A stretch of 64,000 nucleotides of DNA from an uncultured Collinsella sp. (GTDB lineage: Bacteria > Actinomycetota > Coriobacteriia > Coriobacteriales > Coriobacteriaceae). The notes under the pieces were generated by a model. It searched no databases, had not been told where the DNA came from, and saw nothing but the letters and a program-made list of their open reading frames with translations. The position numbers were made by a program, and so were the translations under genes. This document shows positions 21,365 through 32,696 of the stretch, piece after piece (the stretch's first letter is position 1; every line of letters starts with the position of its first letter). The stretch spans positions 110,287 to 174,286 of the forward strand of contig CABSAD010000002.1 of assembly GCA_902475615.1 (NCBI GenBank), read 5' to 3'.

Positions 21365-22313
21365 CGTGGAAGCGGGCTATGGGCGCAAGTGGCTGTTCGC
21401 GAAAGACGCGATCAACGGCGGCACGGTATTCGTCGACCTTTTTGGTCTTACGTACAAGCTTGTGGACGGTAGCGGGGTCGGCGAAAGCGCACTTGGCATA
21501 GAACCACCACTCCTTCATGCGAAAGACCGCATTGCCACCAATCTCTTCCGCATATGCCGCAAACAGCGTGTCGTGGAAGCGCTGCAGCTCAGCAGTCGTG
21601 GCAGCAGGACCACCGTTGACCATGCGAGCCAGCGCGGGGTTCGCGAGCAGGCCACGCCCCAACATCACATGGCGCGTGCCGGGATAGGCCTCCACCAGCG
21701 CGTCCATATCCTCAAGATCAAAAATGTCGCCGTTGTATGCCACCGGAAACGGCGCGCGTTCCAGCGTCTCGCCGTAAAACTCCTTGCGCGGCGATCCCGT
21801 ATAGCGGTCCTTTTGCACGCGCGGGTGCACGATCAGCTCTGCCAACGGCATGCGGCAATACAGATCGAGCACACGCTCGTATTCGTCGTCGCTCTCAAGC
21901 CCCAGCCTGGTCTTGACCGATACCGGCAACGGTGACCGCTCGCACACATCGCTCAAGAACACCTCGAGTTCATCGAGATTGCGCAAAAAGCCCGATCCTT
22001 TACCCTTGGCAACAACCGTACCCGAGGGGCAGCCAAGGTTGAGATTGACCTCGCGGTAGCCCATGTCGGCGAGCACCTGTGCCGCCCACACAAACTCGTC
22101 CGCGTTCTTGGACATCAACTGAGGCACCACGTTGAGCCCCTGGTTATTGGCAGGATCGATCTCCTTAAACGCCTTGCCGCCAAAGCGGTTTCCCACCCGC
22201 GGCGGCGGCAAAAACGGCGTGTAATAACAATCGAGCGCACCGAAGCACTCCGCATGCACGCGACGGAACACATGCCCGGTAATCCCCTCCATAGGGGCAA
22301 GCGAAAGAATCAT
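21360..22313 (-). CDS. tRNA-dihydrouridine synthase (Dus family)
   Basis: LAPMEGIT N-terminus, NLNLGCP catalytic cysteine region and a TIM-barrel-length body. Confidence 0.85.
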   Translation of the reverse strand: MILSLAPMEGITGHVFRRVHAECFGALDCYYTPFLPPPRVGNRFGGKAFKEIDPANNQGLNVVPQLMSKNADEFVWAAQVLADMGYREVNLNLGCPSGTVVAKGKGSGFLRNLDELEVFLSDVCERSPLPVSVKTRLGLESDDEYERVLDLYCRMPLAELIVHPRVQKDRYTGSPRKEFYGETLERAPFPVAYNGDIFDLEDMDALVEAYPGTRHVMLGRGLLANPALARMVNGGPAATTAELQRFHDTLFAAYAEEIGGNAVFRMKEWWFYAKCAFADPATVHKLVRKTKKVDEYRAAVDRVFREQPLAPIARFHG

Positions 22314-22454
22314 CTACTCTTCTCTCATATCAACGGATGTGACAAAGGAACCGCCCCCCTTGTTACATGCATTATGCCTTGTGCTCCAGATGATTCACAA
22401 GGCAGAGGCAGCAGCTTGACGATAATCACCCTTCCATCCGGCGCCTCATGCAAC

Positions 22455-22634
22455 GAAGGTGAATGGTTTTCCGCGAAGTGAACGAGTGAAATCGGACCCT
22501 CGATGCATCGACACTTTTGGAAGGCCAATTCCTGCGGTTTTATCACTCAAATCCTGCGGTTTTAGCGTCGAAAAACGTGGGTGCTTCAGGGGTCCAAATT
22601 AGGTCGTTCACTTCTCGGGAAACCATTCACCTTC
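22455..22634. mobile_element. MITE-like repeat, copy 2
   Basis: Same orientation as copy 1, with terminal inverted repeats gaaggtgaatggttttccgcgaagtgaacgag / ctcgttcacttctcgggaaaccattcaccttc. Confidence 0.7.
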
Positions 22635-22812
22635 GATTTGCTGTTTGTGGGCATCGGCAGCGGCTTCATGCTCCAAAAGACGACGTTCGCGATCAAACGA
22701 TCACCAACAGCACGCTGTTGACCGCCATGTATGAACAACAGACATCCTCCACTCATCTATACTCAAGAGCGTGTGCGCATCGCCCCCGAAAAACGATGAG
22801 AGTCGAGGCCCC

Positions 22813-23946
22813 ATGCAGCAGCTCACCGAGCAAGAAAAGAAACGCATCCAGCGGTACTGCACATACCCCAAAATCGCAGCGACCGCACTCGTCATGTCGT
22901 TCGTAGCATGCCTATTGATGTTGCCGCTCCAAATGATCAACGATATCGCGTTCCATCAAAAGGAATTCCAACCCGCGGGCATATATACCGCCATCGCACT
23001 CACCGCAATCGAACTCGCCATCTTTTGCTATTGCGCTCTTGCGCCGCGCTTTGGAATGCAGGGCAAACAGTGGAAGGAGCTGCAGGGCAGGCTTGCGGTG
23101 GCCCAGACCAACAAAGACCGCTCCGCGGAGGTCGCCGGTGTGCTCGCCACGCAAGCTGCCGGCCACCTGCTCAAGAACAGCGATAACGATCTCGCGCGCA
23201 ACCTGGGCGGCGCCGCGGAGGTCGCCGGCGCCGTAGGGGCAGTCGCCACGGCGGCAGACGTGCTAGCCGAAACCTCGAGCAATGCCGAGGCCATGGCAAA
23301 CGCATACGACGTGACGATTCCAAGCGTCAAGAAGCAGATCATAGCTCTCGCAGTGGCGCCCGCCATTGTGCTGCTTGGCGTCTACATCCCGCAGTTTGTC
23401 CAGGGGAATAACGAGCTTCAGGTAAGAAAGGCTGCAGCCGCCGAGCAGCTCGCCATAGCGCAAGATGCCTTGGAGCCCGTGTGCGAACGCGTTGCGGCAG
23501 ACGACCCATATGAGTCGTATCACGACTACGGCTATCGCATTATCGGCTATCTGCGCGATAATGACCTCGGCGCTCAAGCAGCCTATGTCTACCTTTCTTT
23601 CGATGCAGACGGCATGCTCACGGACGTCGATTACACCAGCCAGATCGACCCCGAGGCAAGCCTTGCAGACAACCTCGCCCGCGCCGAGCAGGACATCGCG
23701 ACGCTCTGTGCCCCGCTCAACGGGTTGGACATTTCCGTTGCCGCACCGGGCCTCCTCACGCCATGCAGCCTGTCGGATGAATTTAAACAGGCATTTTTAG
23801 CCGGATCCCTATATGAAGAAATCAGCATCAAGACGGAAGACGAATCTATCAGGTCGTACTACACCTTTGACACCGAGCCCAAAGAAGAGTTCGACGAATA
23901 CACCCATCCGGAAATTAGGCTCATGCTCTCTGCAAAGAAGAACTAA
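22813..23946 (+). CDS. hypothetical membrane protein (ORF opens at 22771)
   Basis: About 377 aa with 3 predicted TM helices and no recognisable domain. It is bracketed by MITE copies 2 and 3. Confidence 0.5.
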   Translation: MQQLTEQEKKRIQRYCTYPKIAATALVMSFVACLLMLPLQMINDIAFHQKEFQPAGIYTAIALTAIELAIFCYCALAPRFGMQGKQWKELQGRLAVAQTNKDRSAEVAGVLATQAAGHLLKNSDNDLARNLGGAAEVAGAVGAVATAADVLAETSSNAEAMANAYDVTIPSVKKQIIALAVAPAIVLLGVYIPQFVQGNNELQVRKAAAAEQLAIAQDALEPVCERVAADDPYESYHDYGYRIIGYLRDNDLGAQAAYVYLSFDADGMLTDVDYTSQIDPEASLADNLARAEQDIATLCAPLNGLDISVAAPGLLTPCSLSDEFKQAFLAGSLYEEISIKTEDESIRSYYTFDTEPKEEFDEYTHPEIRLMLSAKKN

Positions 23947-23992
23947 AGGCTTACGCTCTAATTGCCGCTCGCGAACATCGTCTATATCTCGA

Positions 23993-24170
23993 GGTCTAAT
24001 ACTTTTCCAAGAAGTGAACGACCGTTTTTTGACTCCCGAAGCATCGAAATTTTCTGACGCCAAAACCGCAGGATTTAACAATCAAAACCGCAGGAAACCG
24101 CCTTCAATAAGTGTTAGCGCTTCGGGGGTCCATTTTGACTTGCTCACTTCTCGGAAAAGTATTAGACCCC
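23993..24170. mobile_element. MITE-like repeat, copy 3 (inverted relative to copies 1 and 2)
   Basis: Carries the aaaaccgcagg x2 core as a reverse complement. The TIR core ttttccaagaagtgaacga / cacttctcggaaaag is shared. Confidence 0.65.
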
Positions 24171-24218
24171 GATTTCGCAAGGGTCTCAATGTGACAAAGG
24201 AACAACCCTTTTGTCGCA

Positions 24219-27200
24219 TTATTCGGAGCGCAGGGCTTCCACGGGATCCTTTTTGGATGCGCTACGGGCCGGCAGCAGGCCAGCGACAACCGTCAGCAGC
24301 ACCGAAATTGCAATGAGCACCAGCGCATCCTGCACGGGCAGGCTCATCAGATTGGGTACCTGTTTGGCAGTAAGCGCCCAGGCATTAACCGGAAAGCTCA
24401 CGGCCACCACAACGACAACAGCAAAGACGCCGGCGATGAGGCCCTCGATAAAGGTCTCGGCATTGAATACGTTGGCCACGTTACGCTTCGACGCGCCGAT
24501 CGCACGCAGGATGCCAATCTCCTTTTTGCGTTCCAGCACGCTGATGTAGGTGATGATGCCGATCATGATGGAGCTCACCACCAGGCTGATACTCACGAAT
24601 GCGATGAGCACCAAGCTGATGGTGTTCACGATGTCGGTCACCGAGCCCATGATGATGCCCATGTAGTCGGTGTATGAGATTGCCTGTTCATCGTGGCCAG
24701 AGGCTTTGACCTGCTTGTTGTACGCGTCGATGTGATCGAGCACGCGCTCCTTGGCCTCAAAGTCGCGCGGGAAAATCTTGACCGAGATGGGGTCTGCCTC
24801 GTCCGCATAGCCCAACGTGGTCAGATTGTTGTCGTAGGTGAGCTTCGACGCCTTCGCATAGCTCATCATGAGCGAGCTCAGATCCTCGGCGTCCATGTTG
24901 AAGTGAATGGCATTGGCAAAGGCGCTCGCATCCACGCGCATAGCGCTCGCCAGGTTGGCAAAACCCGATGACATCTGCGTCGCCATCTGGCCCATGAGCC
25001 CCGCTGCGCCCGCCTTGAGCTGGGACGATACCGTCGACGCTATCTGCTCGCTAATTGTCTTCATCATCTGATCCATAGCCCGCTGCAGATACGGAGCCAG
25101 CTGCTTTTGCACATAGTCGGTCATCACCTGCTGCAGGCGCTCGGCCAGGGCATCGCCGCCGAGCGCTTTTAGCTGGGCAAGGATTTGCTGGGCCGTGGCA
25201 TCATTCTCAAGATACGTCGAGAATGCGGCAGAGAGCTTTGACGCGTCCTTAAGATCATCGGGCGACAGCGCCTTAAACTGATCAGACTGCAAAAAGCCCT
25301 CAAACAGCTGGTTGGCTAGTGTTCCCACCTGCTGCATTTGCTCGGGCGTGAGTTCCAGACCGTCAAAGATACCCGAGAAATCTGGGGTTGGCGCTTTGGC
25401 CATGATGTCACTGAAGTCAATATCCTTCCCAACGCCCGAAAGGTCAATGTCCAGCCCGGATAAGTCGATACCAGAAAGGTCCATACCGCCGGCAACACCC
25501 GAGAGCGCAGATGCATCGAACGAGAACGCGCTCTTCAGCGCTGCCTCGTCCACACTGAACATGCTGCCTAGATCAACTCCTTGTTTGGCCTCGCCCTGCA
25601 GTTCATCGAAAGACTTGCCCGTAAAGACATCCGTCTCGGGATGGGCAAGCTGTTCTTGCACAATCTGCGAATCGGCGGCGCGCTCCATAAGCTGGCGAGT
25701 CAGCGCATGCGTATAGGCAATGCCCGGGGTCAATGCGCTCGCGTTGGCCGTCTCGTTAGGTCGCACCACGCCCACAATGCGCACGTCAATACCGTCGGCA
25801 ACCTTGGCCGTCATAAAGTCGGCATCGTCAGACATGTCAGTCCACATGCCAGTCTCTTCGTTTTTGCGATACGCATCAGCCGGCGACAGCACCTTAAACG
25901 TGGTAGACAGCGCATCGTCGTAGGTAAAGTCGGTGCCGGTCTCGGGCGTTTCGACCCCACCGTCAGCCGTCATAGCGCTGTTTACCAGATCGTTGAGCTC
26001 ATCGATATCCAGCGCACCGATGCTGTAGAGCGTGTAGTCGCCCACCGTGCCGCGGCTCGAAAGCACCATTACGGCTTCGTCGGCAGACGTAGGCCAATGC
26101 CCCGCCACGACGTCGTATTGGCCGTCGAGCAGGTTCTGGTCGTCAATCATCTCGTTAAAGACCGAGGTTCCCATGGATTCCATGCTCACCGTTGCCGCCG
26201 AGCTCGCGCCTCCGCTCATGGCCTCGGTCATGGCGTTGGGCACCAGCCGGACAGGCTTCTCATCGCCCTTGCCGGCACGATAGACAACCGGCGATACACC
26301 GTAGCCGTACTGAATGGCGTTGACCTCTTTATCGATGCCGTCGCCACCGGCATCGAGCCATGCCTTAAAGCTCGTCATGTCGTTGGACTTAACGCTCGCA
26401 AACATATCCTTTACGGCCGTAACCACGGGAATCTTATCGGTTCCCTTAGCCTTGCCGCCGGCACTGTCGTCGGACGAATCCACGTTTTCAGGCGAGTCAT
26501 CATCCGCAGCCCCATGCCCGCCCATCATGGACGATAGATCGTAATCCTGCTTGGAAATGGTGAGTGGGTAGCTCGAAAGCGTATCCTCCTCGACCTTTTT
26601 GATGTAGCCGTTTACGCCGTTGGACAGCGCCAGAATCGCCGCGATACCGATAATGCCAATCGAGCCCGCAAAGGCCGTCATGGCCGTGCGGCCCTTCTTG
26701 GTCATGAGGTTTCGGGCAGAAAGCCCCAGCGCCGTCACAAAGCTCATCGAGGTTTTGCGCGTAGGCTTGGCCTCGCGGCGCGTGGCGTCAGCGACATCGA
26801 AAGGATCGGAATCGTCGGTGATCTTGCCGTCCGCCAGGTTGACGATGCGCGTGGCGTATTGGTATGCCAGGTCGGGATTGTGCGTGACCATGATGACCAG
26901 ACGGTCGCGCGCAACTTCTTTGAGCAAATCCATAACCTGCACGGATGTCGTTGAATCCAAAGCGCCAGTCGGCTCGTCGGCAAGGACGATCTCAGGGTCA
27001 TTGATCAGGGCGCGGGCAATGGCCACACGCTGCATCTGCCCACCCGAAAGCTGGCTCGGACGCTTGTTAACGTGCTCGCCCAGGCCGACTTTCTCCAACG
27101 CCTCGCGCGCACGCTGGCGGCGCTCGGCATGCCCCACGCCCGTGAGCGTGAGCGCCAGCTCCACGTTTTCCAAAATAGTCTGATGCGGAATGAGGTTATA

Positions 27201-27482
27201 GCTCTGGAACACAAAGCCGATGCGGTTATTACGGTAGGCATCCCAATCGCGATCGTGAAAGTCCTTGGTCGAAATGCCGTCGATCAGCAGGTCGCCAGAA
27301 TCGAAATGATCGAGCCCGCCGATAACGTTGAGCATCGTGGTTTTACCTGAGCCTGAGGGACCCAGAATGGCCACGAACTCGTTATCGCGAAAAGACAGGC
27401 TTACGTTGTCGAGCGCCACCTGCGTAAACGACTGCGTAACGTACCTTTTGCAAATACCTTTGAGCTCCAACATGGACGGCAA
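24219..27482 (-). CDS. MacB-like ABC transporter (fused ATPase + FtsX permease)
   Basis: N-terminal NBD ([35 protein letters not shown]), a large extracytoplasmic domain and a C-terminal FtsX permease. Confidence 0.85.
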   Translation of the reverse strand: MPSMLELKGICKRYVTQSFTQVALDNVSLSFRDNEFVAILGPSGSGKTTMLNVIGGLDHFDSGDLLIDGISTKDFHDRDWDAYRNNRIGFVFQSYNLIPHQTILENVELALTLTGVGHAERRQRAREALEKVGLGEHVNKRPSQLSGGQMQRVAIARALINDPEIVLADEPTGALDSTTSVQVMDLLKEVARDRLVIMVTHNPDLAYQYATRIVNLADGKITDDSDPFDVADATRREAKPTRKTSMSFVTALGLSARNLMTKKGRTAMTAFAGSIGIIGIAAILALSNGVNGYIKKVEEDTLSSYPLTISKQDYDLSSMMGGHGAADDDSPENVDSSDDSAGGKAKGTDKIPVVTAVKDMFASVKSNDMTSFKAWLDAGGDGIDKEVNAIQYGYGVSPVVYRAGKGDEKPVRLVPNAMTEAMSGGASSAATVSMESMGTSVFNEMIDDQNLLDGQYDVVAGHWPTSADEAVMVLSSRGTVGDYTLYSIGALDIDELNDLVNSAMTADGGVETPETGTDFTYDDALSTTFKVLSPADAYRKNEETGMWTDMSDDADFMTAKVADGIDVRIVGVVRPNETANASALTPGIAYTHALTRQLMERAADSQIVQEQLAHPETDVFTGKSFDELQGEAKQGVDLGSMFSVDEAALKSAFSFDASALSGVAGGMDLSGIDLSGLDIDLSGVGKDIDFSDIMAKAPTPDFSGIFDGLELTPEQMQQVGTLANQLFEGFLQSDQFKALSPDDLKDASKLSAAFSTYLENDATAQQILAQLKALGGDALAERLQQVMTDYVQKQLAPYLQRAMDQMMKTISEQIASTVSSQLKAGAAGLMGQMATQMSSGFANLASAMRVDASAFANAIHFNMDAEDLSSLMMSYAKASKLTYDNNLTTLGYADEADPISVKIFPRDFEAKERVLDHIDAYNKQVKASGHDEQAISYTDYMGIIMGSVTDIVNTISLVLIAFVSISLVVSSIMIGIITYISVLERKKEIGILRAIGASKRNVANVFNAETFIEGLIAGVFAVVVVVAVSFPVNAWALTAKQVPNLMSLPVQDALVLIAISVLLTVVAGLLPARSASKKDPVEALRSE

Positions 27483-27615
27483 CCTCTCCCACGCGGGCGC
27501 ACTCGCCCGCTCTCCCCCGCCGTTCGTATTCGACGCGTTTGTCCTACTCTATCCCCATTTTTTACCGGCGCTAGTGAGGAATGTAGGGAACCGCATCAAA
27601 AAACGAACGGGACGA

Positions 27616-27647
27616 CGTCCAAAAGAAGAGGTCCCGAGCGGGACCTC
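27616..27647 (-). terminator. rho-independent-like terminator downstream of tlpA
   Basis: Hairpin agaggtcccgagcgggacctct followed by a T-rich run on the minus strand. Confidence 0.55.
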
Positions 27648-27727
27648 TAAATGGTGGAGATTATCTTGAAAGGCAGCGGACTACTCCGCACAGCGGTGCA
27701 CGATCATCGCCATGCTTTACGCGTTTT

Positions 27728-28705
27728 CTACTGCTCGCTATTCGCAATCGCCTGGTCGATAAGCTTGTCGAGCGCTGCGCGCTGCTCAGCGGAGCTGATG
27801 GCGCCCACGATGGGCTCCCCTACGATGTTACCATTCTGATCGATGACATACGTCGTCGGGAACGAGAACAGATTTGACGTAAACTTACCGGCCTCGCCAT
27901 CCGACTTGAACCAGATGTTCTTATATGTCACGCCCTTCTTGCTCAGCACGTCCTTGGCATCTGCAATCTCGCCCTTGTTGCCATCGAGCGTAAAGGAATT
28001 GACGCCCACGACCTGGCCGCCCTTCTTGGCAAGCTCCTGATTCAGTTTCTCAAGATCGCCCAGCTCGCCCACGCACGGCTTGCAAGTGGTGAACCAGAAG
28101 TTCATGACGGTGACCTTGTTCTTAGAGAACAGCTCGTCGCTGCTCACGTCGTTGCCATCCAGGTCCTTGCCCGTAAAGCTGGGGAACTTCGTCGCCTCGC
28201 TCGAAGCATTGGCGCCGGCCGTCATGCCAGCGGTCGAAGCGTCGACGCTCTCGCCTGCGCTCGGCGTGCTTCCACAGCCGGGGAACTCCTTCTCCAAGCT
28301 CTCGAGCTTGTCCTCGATCTCCTTGATCTGCTGTGCACCGGCCTTGAGCGTCTTAAGCTCATCCGCCGTGAACTCATCCTTGGCACCGTCGATGGTCTTG
28401 AGCAGGAAATCGCCGTAATTGCTGCCGTCCTCAATCATTGCCGAGTCTTTATTTGCCGCATTGAATACCTTTTCCCACAGCGCGTTATCACTCGAAAAGA
28501 TCTCGTTCTCCTTCTGCATGAGCTTCGCATACAGCTCGGCGGCCTCGTCGGCATTGGCCGGCTTCTGCGCAGTGAGTTCTGCGATCTTAGGATCGGAGCT
28601 CGCAGATTCGCTCGCATTGCCACCGGGCGCCGAACATGCCACAAGGCACAAGGCCAGCACCGGCACCATAAACAGGTCCGCAATCTTAGAAAGCTTCATG
28701 GTCAT
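27728..28705 (-). CDS. TlpA-family thiol-disulfide oxidoreductase lipoprotein
   Basis: Lipobox LVAC after the signal peptide. A thioredoxin-fold C-terminal domain carries WFTTCKPC (CxxC). Confidence 0.85.
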   Translation of the reverse strand: MTMKLSKIADLFMVPVLALCLVACSAPGGNASESASSDPKIAELTAQKPANADEAAELYAKLMQKENEIFSSDNALWEKVFNAANKDSAMIEDGSNYGDFLLKTIDGAKDEFTADELKTLKAGAQQIKEIEDKLESLEKEFPGCGSTPSAGESVDASTAGMTAGANASSEATKFPSFTGKDLDGNDVSSDELFSKNKVTVMNFWFTTCKPCVGELGDLEKLNQELAKKGGQVVGVNSFTLDGNKGEIADAKDVLSKKGVTYKNIWFKSDGEAGKFTSNLFSFPTTYVIDQNGNIVGEPIVGAISSAEQRAALDKLIDQAIANSEQ

Positions 28706-29702
28706 TCCTCCGTTTTGTCGAAGCTTGTTTACTTTTTTTTGCGGTCAAGGTGAGCTTTTCCGCCGACACATCCAGGCCATAGCGATAGCTGATGGCATCG
28801 ACGGGACAGGCCCCGATGCACTTTCCGCACCGGATGCATTCGGCATGATTGGGCGCGCGGACCACATCAACGTCCATCTGACAAACCTTTGAGCACTTGC
28901 CGCACGAGACACATTTGCATGCATCGACCCGGATGCCCAGTAGGGATACCTTATTCATGAGCGCATAGAATGCGCCGAGTGGACAAATCCATTTGCAGAA
29001 GGGGCGGTAGAACAAAACGCTCAGCACTACCACGGCAATGAGAACGGCAAGTTTCCAAGTAAAGAGATGTCCCAACGCAGATCGAATGCCGGCATTGGCA
29101 ATGGCCAGCGGAATGGCGCCCTCGAGCACGCCCTGCGGACAGATGTACTTACAAAAGAACGGGTCGCCCATGCCCACGTCGTTAACCACCAAGACGGGCA
29201 GCAGCACCACGGCAAACAGCAGCACGACGTACTTGATGTACGTGAGCGGCTTAAGCTTTTTCGTGGAGAACTTTTTGCCGGGAATCTTGTGAAGCAGTTC
29301 CTGCAGCCAGCCAAACGGGCACAGAAAGCCGCATACAAAGCGTCCCAGCAGCACGCCGAGCAAAATGAGCGTACCGGTGACGTAGTAAGAAAAGTTGAAC
29401 TTGGATGAACCTACCACCGACTGGAACGACCCGATGGGGCACGCACCCGATGCCGCGGGGCACGAATAACAATTAAGTCCAGGTACGCAGACTGTTTTTC
29501 CCGCGCCCTGATAGATGCCGCCTTTGGCAAAGTTTGGCAGGTAAATGTTGGTGACCAGCGTCGCCGCCGCCTGAATGAATCCGCGAAATCGGACCAAAAC
29601 ATGCGACGCAGTGTTTTCTCTTTTATCCAATTCCGATACACTCCAAGCACAGCCTAATCGCTTTGGCCAGCACGGCATCCGCCTCGCCACGCATAACACC
29701 AA
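28686..29702 (-). CDS. membrane-bound 4Fe-4S ferredoxin-type protein (NapH/MauN-like)
   Basis: Motifs CYSCPAASGACP, CPFGWL, CKYICPQG and CKWICPLG, and two ferredoxin CxxCxxCxxxCP clusters (CVSCGKCSKVCQ, CIRCGKCIGACP), together with TM helices. It overlaps tlpA by 20 nt, so the two form an operon. Confidence 0.75.
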   Translation of the reverse strand: MVLCVARRMPCWPKRLGCAWSVSELDKRENTASHVLVRFRGFIQAAATLVTNIYLPNFAKGGIYQGAGKTVCVPGLNCYSCPAASGACPIGSFQSVVGSSKFNFSYYVTGTLILLGVLLGRFVCGFLCPFGWLQELLHKIPGKKFSTKKLKPLTYIKYVVLLFAVVLLPVLVVNDVGMGDPFFCKYICPQGVLEGAIPLAIANAGIRSALGHLFTWKLAVLIAVVVLSVLFYRPFCKWICPLGAFYALMNKVSLLGIRVDACKCVSCGKCSKVCQMDVDVVRAPNHAECIRCGKCIGACPVDAISYRYGLDVSAEKLTLTAKKSKQASTKRRNDHEAF

Positions 29703-29859
29703 AGCACACCATGGTAATTCCGACGATCAACAAAGCGACCTGTACCACGGGTTTTACCGCTTTGAACAACCTGACCACTCCTTTCGTTACGCGACCATTG
29801 GACCATATCGACTATAAAATCCGTGTTAAGCGCGATTTGAAATGTGCAAGGAGACTGTT

Positions 29860-30534
29860 ATGCGTATTTTGATCGTCGAGGACGAGCGGGCGCTGTGCGA
29901 CGCAATCGCGCGCAGCTTGCGGAACTTGGCGTACAGTGTCGACTGCTGTCACGACGGACAGGAGGCGCTCGACCTACTGGACGTTGAGGCCTTCGACCTC
30001 GTGATACTCGACCTCAACCTTCCCCGTATCGACGGCATGACCGTACTCAGGGAACTTAGGAAAACCGACTGCGAGACCAAGGTGCTGATTCTGTCCGCGC
30101 GTGGCGAAGTATCCGATAAAGTCGCCGGACTCGATGCCGGCGCCAACGATTACCTCACCAAGCCGTTTCATCTGGACGAGCTTGCGGCAAGGATCCGCAG
30201 CCTTACCCTCAGATGCTTTACACAAAGCGACGTAGTTTTAACCTGCAGAAAGCTCCGCTTTGACACCAAGGCGCGCATCGCTTCCGTGGACAGCGAGACT
30301 TTATCTCTTACGCGCAAGGAAACGGGAATCTTGGAATACCTGATGCTTAATCAGGGGCGTCCGGTAAGCCAAGAGGAGCTTATCGAGCACGTTTGGGATA
30401 GCAGCGTGAACAGCTTTAGCAACGCGACCCGCGTTCATATCTCGTCACTCCGCAAAAAGCTACGCATCGCTTTGGGATACGACCCGATTCGCAATCGGAT
30501 TGGAGAGGGCTACGTTATGGAGGATAGCGAATGA
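29860..30534 (+). CDS. OmpR-family response regulator
   Basis: REC domain (MRILIVEDE...DLVILDLNLP) and a winged-helix domain. It is divergent from the 4Fe-4S-tlpA operon. Confidence 0.9.
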   Translation: MRILIVEDERALCDAIARSLRNLAYSVDCCHDGQEALDLLDVEAFDLVILDLNLPRIDGMTVLRELRKTDCETKVLILSARGEVSDKVAGLDAGANDYLTKPFHLDELAARIRSLTLRCFTQSDVVLTCRKLRFDTKARIASVDSETLSLTRKETGILEYLMLNQGRPVSQEELIEHVWDSSVNSFSNATRVHISSLRKKLRIALGYDPIRNRIGEGYVMEDSE

Positions 30535-31670
30535 AAAGGCTTTCGTTGCAATGGCGCATAACGATTATGACGGCACTGCTCACGTGCGCTGCGTGCGTGC
30601 TGACGAACTGCCTGGTCGGCTATACGGGCATGCGCTACATGGATGCTATCGGCAGCGACGTCTCGGCCCTTAGCGCAGCCGGCGAAGATTCGCCCCAGGC
30701 GTTCGACCCAACGAAAGCGACCCTCGATGACGAGGTCACGATCGTCGTAAACGACGCACAGGAGTCTTTTGGCACGACAGCCTGGTGCATCACGGCTGGA
30801 GTCACACTCCTTGGCGGCGTGCTGGCATACTTTGTGAGCGGCCGTGCGCTCAAACCGCTACGAGCTTTTGCCGCCCAGGTTGAGCGTGTGCAGCCTGACA
30901 ACCTAAGCGAAATCAGACTCAGTGAAGATGTGCCCACCGAGCTACAACGATGTAGCGCCTCTTTCAACGACATGATCGCCCGTCTTGGCGAAGGGTTCTC
31001 TGCACAGCGTCAGTTTACCGGCAACGCCGCACACGAGCTGCGCACCCCGCTCGCCCTTATGCAAGCACAGATTGAACTATTCATCTCCGAGCACTCCGGT
31101 TTGCAACCCGAAACAGCCGAGCTGCTCGGCCTGCTACAAGAACAAACCGAGCGCATGTCTCGAATGACCAAGGTATTACTCGAGATGAGTGAGCTCCGCA
31201 GCGTTCCTTGCGAGGACGATGTTGAACTCGGTCCCTTGTCCGAAGAGGTCCTCACCGACCTTGCGCCACTTGCCGAGAATAAGGGCATAGCCCTCAATTG
31301 TGCTGGAGACGCTTTGACAATCGGAAGTGATACGCTCCTCTATCGGCTGGTGTTCAATCTGGTCGAAAACGCCATCCGTTACAGCCGCCCCGGCTCGACT
31401 GTCAACGTCTCCATCAGCGACAGCGACAGCCACGTGCTCCTGCGAGTCAAAGATGAGGGCCCGGGAATACCCAAACAGTACCGAGAGAGCATCTTCCAGC
31501 CGTTCTTTCGTCTAGATAAATCCCGCAGCAGGGCATACGGCGGCGCAGGACTCGGGCTAGCGCTTGTTTGGGAGATTGCAGCCCTACACGGCGGCACGGT
31601 AGAGGTCGAAGCAAGTTCCGAGAACGGGACCACCATGCTCGTGACCCTCTCAAAGGGGGCCACCACGTGA
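30531..31670 (+). CDS. sensor histidine kinase
   Basis: Two TM helices, HisKA (AAHELRTPLA) and HATPase_c (GLGLALVWEIA). Its start overlaps the response-regulator stop (ATGA). Confidence 0.9.
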   Translation: MKRLSLQWRITIMTALLTCAACVLTNCLVGYTGMRYMDAIGSDVSALSAAGEDSPQAFDPTKATLDDEVTIVVNDAQESFGTTAWCITAGVTLLGGVLAYFVSGRALKPLRAFAAQVERVQPDNLSEIRLSEDVPTELQRCSASFNDMIARLGEGFSAQRQFTGNAAHELRTPLALMQAQIELFISEHSGLQPETAELLGLLQEQTERMSRMTKVLLEMSELRSVPCEDDVELGPLSEEVLTDLAPLAENKGIALNCAGDALTIGSDTLLYRLVFNLVENAIRYSRPGSTVNVSISDSDSHVLLRVKDEGPGIPKQYRESIFQPFFRLDKSRSRAYGGAGLGLALVWEIAALHGGTVEVEASSENGTTMLVTLSKGATT

Positions 31671-31689
31671 TCCGACTGTCCAGGGGTCC

Positions 31690-32168
31690 CACTCGGCATT
31701 GCGAAACGCGTCCCAAAACTTGGACATGAGAAATGGGAGGCAGTTCGCATCTGTGCCGAGGACGAAGTCCTGGCGGGAATTCAGGATGCGCAGAGGAAGC
31801 TTACGGCAGAAAACCCCGACAGAGTCGTGACCGTCGGCGGCAACTGTATGGCGTCGCTTGCCCTCTTCGATTACCTGCACGGGAAATACGAGAACGTTGG
31901 AATCGTCTGGATCTATGCGCATCCGGATGTATCCACGCTGAATGATGGCTACCCCAACGCTCACGCCATGGTACTTGGCAACCTTTTGGAACAGGGTGCA
32001 CCGCAACTCGTTTCGCGGATGCGGCATCCGGTGTTTAAGCCGAGCGATGTCCTGCATGTCGGGCTACAGCAGCTCCACGACTATCAGGAAGTTTGCTTAA
32101 ACAAGCATAGGTGTTGCGGTTTTAGCCGATGTCCTCATGGAGGAAAACGACATGCTGGGTCTGTCTGA
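31690..32168 (+). pseudogene. arginase/ureohydrolase-family fragment (N- and C-terminally truncated, metal motifs degenerate)
   Basis: The frame reads ...DRVVTVGGNCMAS...GIVWIYAHPDVST..., which parallels the arginase GGDHS and DAHxD motifs with substitutions. It has no start codon and begins right after the kinase stop. Confidence 0.45.
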
Positions 32169-32214
32169 TTAAAGTCCAACAGTTTCCATGAGGCATCTAG
32201 CACGGTAAAAGCTA

Positions 32215-32460
32215 AAGACCCGGGAGACCCCAAACTGTCAACCATCTTTACGGGTGCAAGGGAAACGGGCAAGACAGCCCCCTCTCGCTCCTATCCGAAA
32301 CGGCGCTTGAACACGGCTGGATTGCAGCGAATGTCTCCGCCATGCCCGGCATGCTCGAAGATATCATCGAGCACACAAAGGAGGCCGCAGGCCGTTACCT
32401 CTCGCAGCCCCATACACGCGTGAGCGGAGTTCAAGTTGGGCAGCGGGGCGGTTTAGCGCG
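32215..32460 (+). pseudogene. fragment of an ATP-binding protein gene (partial duplicate of 48560..48790)
   Basis: About 85% nucleotide identity to an internal part of the ATPase gene at 48419..49514. It is truncated on both sides. Confidence 0.6.
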
Positions 32461-32696
32461 CCAATATAATCAAATCGTGCACTTCCATAGCCTCTCGTCT
32501 ACGTGGTGTACCGTCGTCTCCCCTTTTATCAGAGTTGGGCGATTTCAGGCACCCGAGCTGAACTCAAATTGAACTCAACGATGCCTTATCGGTCGAGGGC
32601 GTCCTAGCGAGAATATACAGAGGCGCACATTTCGCAGGGAACCTCCCATTCGTTATCATATCGGGATGCTGTCAAGGCAGCGTCAATGCGTTCGAC

